64,000 nt of DNA from Acidimicrobiales bacterium (GTDB taxonomy: Bacteria > Actinomycetota > Acidimicrobiia > Acidimicrobiales > Ilumatobacteraceae): assembly GCA_044370695.1 (NCBI GenBank), contig JBILVB010000001.1:3673-67672 (forward strand). Reading direction: 5' to 3'. This document shows positions 8,323-15,219 of the stretch, one piece after another (positions within the stretch are counted from its first letter, which is position 1; each line of letters opens with the position of its first letter). Both the position numbers and the translations under genes were made by a program. The notes below the pieces were generated by a model. The model made no database searches. It was not told where the DNA came from and saw only the letters and a list, made by a program, of their open reading frames with translations.

Positions 8323-10800
8323 TCACCCGCAGGCGCCGCTCGCGAGCACCCGGGACACGGTGTCGTCGTCGAGGCCGAGGATGCCGGTCAGCACGTCGTA
8401 GGTGTGCTCACCGAGGCACGGCGCCGGCATGCGGGGGCCGTTGTCGTACCCGGAGATCCGGAACTGATGCCCCTCGTAGGGCACCACGCCCATCTCGGGA
8501 TGGTGGAGCGGGCGGAAGAACCGGCGGTGGGCGAGCTGCGGGTCACCGCTCAGGTGATCGCTGGAACGCTGCACCATCCCGGCCGGCACGCCGGCCCCCT
8601 GCAGCAGATCCATCAGCGCCCGGGGCTCGTGGTGCACGGTCCACGCGCCCAGGCGCGCATCGATCTCGTCGCGCCGCGCCATGCGACCAGCGGCGGTGTC
8701 GAGCGCCGGGTCGCAGGCCCAGTCGGGCCGGCCGAGCGCGTCGCGCAGCTTCGCCCACTGCTCGTCGGTCTCGACCGCGATGGCGCACCACTCGTCGTGC
8801 CCGGCGCAGGGGTAGGCGTCGTGCGGTGCGGCCGTCGGGTGCACGTTGCCGTCGCGCCGCGCGCTGCGGCCCGACACCTGCACGTCGAGCAGTTCCGGGG
8901 CCAGGAAGTGCAACGCCGACTCCATCTGGGCCTGGTCGACGAACTGACCCTCGCCGGTCCGGCGGCGATGGTCGAGCGCGGCGAGCAACGTGGAGGCCAG
9001 GAACCGGGGAGCGACGGTGTCGGTGTACGCGTTGAACGGGCCGCCGGGCGCGCGGTCGGGCCAGCCCGTCACCTCGTAGAACCCGCTGACCGCCGCCGCG
9101 TGGTAGCCGTAGCCGGCGAGCTTGGCCGCCGGGCCGTACTGGCCGAGCAGGCAGGTGGTGGCCATGATGATCCCCGGGTTCAGCTCCCGGGCCACCTCGT
9201 AGCCGAGGCCGAGTTCAGCCATGGTGCCGGCGGTGAACGAGTCGAGCGCGATGTCGCACCAGGCCAGCAGACGCCGCGCCACCTCGCGCCCCTCGGGGTT
9301 CTTCAAGTTGAGCTGCAACGACAACTTCGAGGTGTTGAACGCGCCGAAGAACTGGCAGCGGTTGATACCGGGGACGTCGTCGGTGAAGGGCCCGACGAGG
9401 CGCAGCCGATCCGGCGGGTTGTCTGTCTCGACGTGGACCACCGTGGCGCCGTGGTCGGCGAGCGCCTTGGCCGTGATCGGCCCGACCCCGATCCAGGAGA
9501 AGTCGGCCACCTTCACCCCGGCGAGCGGCAGAGGTTCCGAGCGGACCTGCACCGAGGGCGCCGCAGCAGGCCCCGGGGCCGCCACCGCGGCGGGGCCCGC
9601 AGCGGCCGGGAGTGCGTCGAGCACCTCTCGCGTGTGCTCCCCGATGCGGGGGGCCGGGCGGTCCCAGCGCACCGGCGTACGGGACAGCTTGACGAACGGT
9701 CCGGCGGTGCGCAGGGTGCGCCCGTTCGCCAGCGTGAGCGTGTCCCAGTAGCTGCGGGCGGCGAGCTGCGCGAACTCGACCACGTCGGCCACGGTGTTCA
9801 CCGGGGCGAGGGTGACCCCGCGCGCGATCCCGCCCTCGAACAGCTCGGCCTTGGTGTGGCGCAGCGTGAACTGCGTGATGGCGGCGCGCAGTTCCTCATG
9901 GCTCATCGCCACCGGGCCGCCGGTGAGCAGACGGGCCTCGTAGGTCCGCCAGTCCTCGCTCGTCGCCCACGCCTCGGTGACCGCACCCGACGACACCATC
10001 CAGTCGAGGATCCCGAGCACGGTCGCGGTGGTGGCCACCAGGCACACCTCGCCATCCGCGCACGGATAGACGAGCGGCGTCGTGAGCGTGGACAGCTGCA
10101 GCACCGTGCCGAACCGCTCGAAGTCCTTGCCGTTGATGGCGTGGCCGATCATCGCCTGCAGGCCGGTCCAGAACACCGCCGTCTGCACCGAGGTGTCGAC
10201 GAACTGCCCCTCGCCGGTGGCCAGGCGGCGGTGGTGGGCGACGAGCGCGCCCAGCACGCTCTCCACCGCGGCGTGGTGCCAGGTCTGCGGCACGGTGATC
10301 CGCACCGGTCGGCGGTCGGGATCGCCGTTGAGCGCCATCGAGCCGCCCATGGCCGACAAGGTGAGATCCGTGGCGAGGTGGTGGGCGTAAGGGCCGTCCT
10401 GCCCGAACGGGCTGATGGCCACGTGCACGAGGTCGGGGCGGGCCGCCCGAAGCACCTCGGCACCGAGGCCTCGCGCCGCCAGCGCGCCCGGAGCCTCGTT
10501 CTCGACGAGGAAGTCGGCGGTCGCCACCAGCGCCAACAGGTCGCGGCGGCCGGTGTCGGTGTCGAGGTCGAGCACCACGCTGCGCTTGCCGCGGTTGTAG
10601 GCGTGGAACCGCAGGCTGGCCCACCCGTCGGGCTGGTCGGCGTCGAGGGGGCCGTCCCAACGAGCCGGCGAACCACCCGGCGGCTCGACCTTCACCACGT
10701 CGGCGCCGAGGCCGGCGAACACGAACCCGGCGAGGTCGGCGCGCCCGTCGGTGAGATCGATCACCCGGTAGGGCGACAGCAGCGAGGTGCCAGTGGTCAC
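8323..10800 (-). CDS. tandem-fused double CaiB/BaiF family III CoA-transferase
   Basis: Two full CoA-transferase III modules (SPYRVIDLTDGRADLAGFVFAGLGADVVKVE... and GVKVADFSWIGVGPITAKALADHGATVVHVE...) joined by an Ala/Pro linker. GTG 10800 (VTTGTSLL...). Confidence 0.85.
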   Translation of the reverse strand: MTTGTSLLSPYRVIDLTDGRADLAGFVFAGLGADVVKVEPPGGSPARWDGPLDADQPDGWASLRFHAYNRGKRSVVLDLDTDTGRRDLLALVATADFLVENEAPGALAARGLGAEVLRAARPDLVHVAISPFGQDGPYAHHLATDLTLSAMGGSMALNGDPDRRPVRITVPQTWHHAAVESVLGALVAHHRRLATGEGQFVDTSVQTAVFWTGLQAMIGHAINGKDFERFGTVLQLSTLTTPLVYPCADGEVCLVATTATVLGILDWMVSSGAVTEAWATSEDWRTYEARLLTGGPVAMSHEELRAAITQFTLRHTKAELFEGGIARGVTLAPVNTVADVVEFAQLAARSYWDTLTLANGRTLRTAGPFVKLSRTPVRWDRPAPRIGEHTREVLDALPAAAGPAAVAAPGPAAAPSVQVRSEPLPLAGVKVADFSWIGVGPITAKALADHGATVVHVETDNPPDRLRLVGPFTDDVPGINRCQFFGAFNTSKLSLQLNLKNPEGREVARRLLAWCDIALDSFTAGTMAELGLGYEVARELNPGIIMATTCLLGQYGPAAKLAGYGYHAAAVSGFYEVTGWPDRAPGGPFNAYTDTVAPRFLASTLLAALDHRRRTGEGQFVDQAQMESALHFLAPELLDVQVSGRSARRDGNVHPTAAPHDAYPCAGHDEWCAIAVETDEQWAKLRDALGRPDWACDPALDTAAGRMARRDEIDARLGAWTVHHEPRALMDLLQGAGVPAGMVQRSSDHLSGDPQLAHRRFFRPLHHPEMGVVPYEGHQFRISGYDNGPRMPAPCLGEHTYDVLTGILGLDDDTVSRVLASGACG

Positions 10801-10856
10801 GCCGGCATGCTCGCATCGCCCCGGACCGGGCAACAACGAGCCGTGCCGGGCCGGGC

Positions 10857-11774
10857 GTGGCAACCTTCCCGGCGATGCCCTACGCCACCCTCGACTGCGT
10901 CACCGACGGCGGGATCCTCACCGTCACGCTGACCCGCCCCGAGCACCTCAACGCCTTCACCGTCGAGATGGCCGACGAACTCGTCGACGTGTTCACCCGG
11001 GTCAACGACGACGACGACGTCCGAGCCGTGGTCCTCACCGGTTCGGGGCGGGCGTTCTGCGCCGGGATGGACCTGTCCGTGGGCGGCAACGTGTTCGGCC
11101 TCGACGAGTCGCTCACGCCGACCTGGGCCGACCTGCAGGACCGTCTCGACGACGAGGCGATCCTGCGGGGCGTGCGCGACACGGGCGGGCGGGTGGTGCT
11201 CGCGATCTTCGAGTGCCGCAAGCCGGTGATCGCCGCCATCAACGGCGCGGCCGTCGGCATCGGCGCCACCATGACGCTGGCCGCCGACCTGCGCCTTGCG
11301 TCGACCAAGGCCCGCATCGGGTTCGTGTTCGGGCGGCTCGGCATCACCCCCGAGGCGTGCTCGACCTGGTTCCTGCCGCGGCTCGTCGGCATCCCCCAGG
11401 CGCTCGAATGGCTGTATTCGGCCGAGATCCTCACCGCCGAGGACGCCCACGCGGGCGGGCTCGTGCAGCGCGTCGTCGCCCCCGAGGAACTGCTCGGCGC
11501 TGCGCAGGCCCTGGCCGCGAAGTTCGTGGCCGGGCGCTCCCCGGTGGCCGTGGCCATGACCCGCCAGATGGTGTACCGCAACGTCGGGGCCACCCACCCG
11601 CTCGCCGCGCACCAGGTCGACTCGCTGTCGATGTTCTACACGTCGATCGGCGACGGCAAAGAGGGCGTGCGGGCGTTCCTGGCCAAGGAGGACCCCGCGT
11701 TCCGCGGCCGGGCCTCGGCGATGCCATCGTTTTACGACGACTGGCTCGGCGCAGCGGGCAGGGAGGGGTCGTGA
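10857..11774 (+). CDS. enoyl-CoA hydratase/isomerase (crotonase) family
   Basis: VVLTGSGRAFCAGMDL and INGAAVGIGATM oxyanion-hole motifs. GTG 10857; an alternative ATG at 10875 (MPYATLD) is equally plausible. Confidence 0.85.
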   Translation: MATFPAMPYATLDCVTDGGILTVTLTRPEHLNAFTVEMADELVDVFTRVNDDDDVRAVVLTGSGRAFCAGMDLSVGGNVFGLDESLTPTWADLQDRLDDEAILRGVRDTGGRVVLAIFECRKPVIAAINGAAVGIGATMTLAADLRLASTKARIGFVFGRLGITPEACSTWFLPRLVGIPQALEWLYSAEILTAEDAHAGGLVQRVVAPEELLGAAQALAAKFVAGRSPVAVAMTRQMVYRNVGATHPLAAHQVDSLSMFYTSIGDGKEGVRAFLAKEDPAFRGRASAMPSFYDDWLGAAGREGS

Positions 11775-12826
11775 CGTCAGGACGGGACTACTCGATCATC
11801 GGACCCGAGCGGGAGCGGGCCATCGCCCGGGGCCTCGCCTCGGCCGAGTGGTACCGCACGCCGGTCCCGCGCGCCACCATGCGGGAACTGGTCGCCCGAA
11901 CCAACGGGCGCGCCGCTCGCGACACGTTGCTGTGGCTGGGCCTGCTGATCGCCAGCGGCGTCGTGGTCCACCTCACGTGGTGGACGTGGTGGACGATCCC
12001 GGCCTTGATCGTCTACGGCACCCTCTACGGCTCGGCCAGCGATTCGCGCTGGCACGAGTGCGGCCACGGCACGGCGTTCCGGGCCCAGTGGGCCAACTCG
12101 GTCGTGTACTACGTCGCCTCGTTCATGGACTACCGCGAACCGGTGTCGTGGCGCTGGAGCCATGCCCGCCACCACGACGACACGATCGTGGTCGGCCGCG
12201 ATCTCGAGATCGCGGTGCCCCGGCCCACCTCGCTATGGGCGCTGGCGGCCGAGCTGTTCGGGCTGCGGAGCTGGTGGGCCGAGACGAAGAAGCTGGCCGC
12301 CAACGTCGTCGGGCGGGTCACCGCCGAGGAGCGCGACTACGTGCCCGCGAGCGAGCACCGCAAGGCCATCCGCTGGGGCCGCCTGTGGGCGGCCGGGTGG
12401 GTGGCCGCCATCGTGGCCAGCGTGGTGTTCCGCAGCCTCGAACCGCTGGCGCTGTTCTGTCTGCCGACGCTGTACGGCCGCTGGCTGCTCGTCGTCTACG
12501 GCTACACCCAGCACGCTGGCCTCGCCGAGGACGTGCTCGACCACCGGCGCAACACCCGCACGGTTCTGATGAACCCGGTCAACCGGTTCCTCTACTCCAA
12601 CATGGGGTATCACATCGAGCACCACATGTTCCCGAACGTCCCGTACCACGCGCTGCCCAAGCTCCACGCCGTGGTCGCCCACGACATGCCGGCGCCGTAC
12701 CGGGGGCTGCGGGCGGCCTACCGGGAGATCCTCCCGTTGCTGGCCCGCCAGGCCAAGGACCCGACCTACTTCCTCGACCGGCCCGTGCCGTCGGGCGCGG
12801 CGGCGCCGGGCCCGGTGACGCCGTGA
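11771..12826 (+). CDS. membrane fatty-acid desaturase family protein
   Basis: Three histidine boxes (HECGH, HARHH, HIEHH) and hydrophobic helices. GTG 11771 overlaps the upstream stop (GTGA), with a GGGAGGGG SD. Confidence 0.85.
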   Translation: MTSGRDYSIIGPERERAIARGLASAEWYRTPVPRATMRELVARTNGRAARDTLLWLGLLIASGVVVHLTWWTWWTIPALIVYGTLYGSASDSRWHECGHGTAFRAQWANSVVYYVASFMDYREPVSWRWSHARHHDDTIVVGRDLEIAVPRPTSLWALAAELFGLRSWWAETKKLAANVVGRVTAEERDYVPASEHRKAIRWGRLWAAGWVAAIVASVVFRSLEPLALFCLPTLYGRWLLVVYGYTQHAGLAEDVLDHRRNTRTVLMNPVNRFLYSNMGYHIEHHMFPNVPYHALPKLHAVVAHDMPAPYRGLRAAYREILPLLARQAKDPTYFLDRPVPSGAAAPGPVTP

Positions 12827-13140
12827 CCGAGTCCTGGGTCGCCGTCGGCGCCGTCGGGGCCGTCGAGCCCGGCGACGTCGTGCGGTTCGATCACGCGGGT
12901 CGCACCTTCGCCGTCTACCGCACGGCCGACGACCGCTACTTCGCCACCGACGGCTTGTGCACCCACGGCCGGGTGCACCTCGCCGACGGCTTCGTCGACG
13001 GCACGACGATCGAGTGCCCGAAGCACAACGGCCGCTTCGACCTCACCACTGGCACGGCCAAGGGCGCGCCCGCGCTCGTCGACCTGGGCTGCCATGCCGT
13101 GCGCGTCGTCGACGGCCGGATCGAGCTCCGCGTCGCCTGA
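12823..13140 (+). CDS. Rieske [2Fe-2S] ferredoxin
   Basis: LCTHGRVHL ... ECPKHNGRF (CxH...CxxH), about 105 aa. GTGA overlap with the desaturase stop. Confidence 0.85.
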   Translation: MTESWVAVGAVGAVEPGDVVRFDHAGRTFAVYRTADDRYFATDGLCTHGRVHLADGFVDGTTIECPKHNGRFDLTTGTAKGAPALVDLGCHAVRVVDGRIELRVA

Positions 13141-13149
13141 GCGCGACAG

Positions 13150-13164
13150 CCCCGGCGGGCGGGG
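13150..13164. terminator. short GC hairpin between convergent genes
   Basis: CCCCG-GCGGG-CGGGG: 5-bp stem in the 24-nt gap between the stops at 13140 and 13165. Weak. Confidence 0.25.
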
Positions 13165-14355
13165 TCAGAGGCCGGCGGCGGCGGACTTGAACAGCGCCGG
13201 GAGATCGGCGTCGTCGGTCTCGAGCAACCGATCGAGGAACCGGTGGAAGTGCTGCCCGCCACCTTCGTTGCGGCCGAACAGCACCACGTCCTTCGCTCCG
13301 GCCCGCAGCGACCGCTGGAGCCGAAGTCCGGTGTAGTAGTCCTCGTCGTTGACCACGTGGAAGTTGAACGCCATGCGCTGCACCATCACCTCGGCCTGCT
13401 CCGGCGACGGCGCCACGGTGTGGAGGAACGTCTGCACCGTGGTCGAGGTGCCCGGTTCGGCGCCCGGATAGAGCTGCGACACCATGTACACCCGCCCGTT
13501 CGCGTCGAACGCCGCGATCGACACGTGGGGGAAGATCGTCCACACGCCGCTGTTGAGCTTGCTGATCGGCCACTCGTCCTCGGGCAGTTGGGCCAGCTCC
13601 TCGAAGCCCCGGGTCGGGGCGGTCACCCGCTGGTGCGGACCCCAACGGTCGTAGAGCGCCTTGGTCGACATCTGCGGACCGAAGCTGTCCTTGTGCAGGA
13701 TCGGCAGGTGGTAGAAGTCGAGGTAGCCGTCGTAGGCCACCTTCCAGTTGGGGCCGTTGAGGGTCTGGCGTCCAGCGACGTGGCAGTCGGCCAGCCCGAG
13801 GTGTTCGAGCATCTCGCCGTAGCCGCACAGGAAGGTGTCGATGTCGATCGACGGCTCCCGGCGCAGGTAGACCCACACGAGCCCGGCGCGCTCGGCCACC
13901 GGTAGCTCGGTGAGGCCGAAGCAGGACTTGTCCAGCGGACCGACGTCGTCGGCGTCGAGCACGCCGACGAGGGCGCCGGTCGAGTCGTAGGTCCACGCGT
14001 GGTACGGGCAGGTGTGCCGGCGGGCGACCCCGGAGCCTTCGGGGGCGAGGATCGCACCGCGATGGCTGCAGGAGTTGAAGAACGCGCGCAGCACACCGTC
14101 GTGGCCCCGGCTGATCAGCAGTGGGGTGTCGAGGATCTCGGTGGCCAGGTACGAGCCCGGGGCGCGCAGCTCGCTCGACGCGCCGACCACCAGCGGCAAC
14201 CGGCGGAACACGAGCTCCATCTCCTGGGCCCAGCGGTCCCGGTCGAAGTAGTTGCGGGCCGGCACGGCGTGGATCTGCTCGGCCTGGTCCTGCGTCCCGG
14301 CCCGGAGATGCTCCAGGTTGCGCTTCGCGATGCGGACGAGTTCTCGATGGCTCAC
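13165..14355 (-). CDS. Rieske non-haem iron oxygenase, alpha subunit
   Basis: CSHRG...CPYHAW Rieske motif plus a catalytic domain (DFYHLPILH). GTG 14355 lies 2 nt after the upstream stop, with GAGGGG as SD. Confidence 0.85.
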   Translation of the reverse strand: MSHRELVRIAKRNLEHLRAGTQDQAEQIHAVPARNYFDRDRWAQEMELVFRRLPLVVGASSELRAPGSYLATEILDTPLLISRGHDGVLRAFFNSCSHRGAILAPEGSGVARRHTCPYHAWTYDSTGALVGVLDADDVGPLDKSCFGLTELPVAERAGLVWVYLRREPSIDIDTFLCGYGEMLEHLGLADCHVAGRQTLNGPNWKVAYDGYLDFYHLPILHKDSFGPQMSTKALYDRWGPHQRVTAPTRGFEELAQLPEDEWPISKLNSGVWTIFPHVSIAAFDANGRVYMVSQLYPGAEPGTSTTVQTFLHTVAPSPEQAEVMVQRMAFNFHVVNDEDYYTGLRLQRSLRAGAKDVVLFGRNEGGGQHFHRFLDRLLETDDADLPALFKSAAAGL

Positions 14356-14357
14356 GA

Positions 14358-15077
14358 CTACCCCTCAGCGGTGATCTCTTCGTCTTCGGGCATGGCCTCG
14401 TCGCGCTGGACGAACAGGCCCTGCACCATCTCGTCGTCTTCCTCGCCCATCTCGCCCTCGCGCTGCACCACCGCAGCCCCCGAGGCGGATTCGGTCTGCA
14501 CGGCCGTTGCGACGGTATCCGCCGATCGTTGCGACATCACCCGATCGGCGTTCGCCTCGGCGGCCCGCTCGAACCGGTCGCCGGGATCGCTGACCTGGAC
14601 GCCGCCGCCGGTGGGCGTCCCCTCGACGGGGCCGCTGCGCTGCTGGACGACGTGCGTGAGCTCGTGGGCCAGCGTGCGCTGGCCGCTTTCGGAACCCGGG
14701 TCGTAGCGGCCGGACGCGAACACGATGTCGTCGCCGACGGTGTAGGCGTGGGCGCCGAGCTGCTTGGCGGACGCGTCGGCCTCCCCGCCGGTGTGCACCC
14801 GCACCGAGGAGAAGTCGGCACCGATCGACTGCTCCATCTGCACCCGCAGCCCGGCGTCGAGTGGCTGGCCGCTCGACGTCGCCCGGGCGATGCCCTCCCG
14901 CTCGTCCTGGAGGAGCTGCGCCACACCGGCGTTGCCGGCCGTGCGTTGCAGGTGGACGAGCGCGGCCGGCGAGGCCGGGCCGCGCCCCGCGAACTGGGGA
15001 TCGGCCTGGTTCGCTCCTGGACCCGGCCGGACGGCGGCCCGAGGGGCGTGGGCGACGTCGTCATCGAAGGCGTGCAC
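14358..15077 (-). CDS. DUF4157 (HExxH zincin-like) domain protein with acidic tail
   Basis: SSVRVHTGGEADASAKQLGAHAYTVGDDIVFASGRYDP...LAHELTHVVQQ. GTG 15077 is the best start. The upstream part of ORF 14358..15641 is Arg/Ser-rich junk. Confidence 0.7.
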   Translation of the reverse strand: MHAFDDDVAHAPRAAVRPGPGANQADPQFAGRGPASPAALVHLQRTAGNAGVAQLLQDEREGIARATSSGQPLDAGLRVQMEQSIGADFSSVRVHTGGEADASAKQLGAHAYTVGDDIVFASGRYDPGSESGQRTLAHELTHVVQQRSGPVEGTPTGGGVQVSDPGDRFERAAEANADRVMSQRSADTVATAVQTESASGAAVVQREGEMGEEDDEMVQGLFVQRDEAMPEDEEITAEG

Positions 15078-15219
15078 GGTCGACCCCCGTCCTCGTCGAG
15101 TTCGTGGGCAACGTACTACCGCCGGGCTTCGTCGGCTGCGGGACACCCCACCGATCGGACCGATAGGCTTCCGGCGCTGAGGACGGTGCCGATCGAGTCC
15201 GGGCGAGGGAGTCAGGCCG
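15078..15219. promoter_or_regulatory. divergent intergenic control region (DUF4157/oxygenase operon vs Hsp70-dynamin operon)
   Basis: 142-nt gap between divergent starts. It contains the CCGATCGG palindrome and nearby CGATCG/CGATAG copies, and GGGAG lies upstream of ATG 15220. No promoter hexamers could be assigned confidently. Confidence 0.3.
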
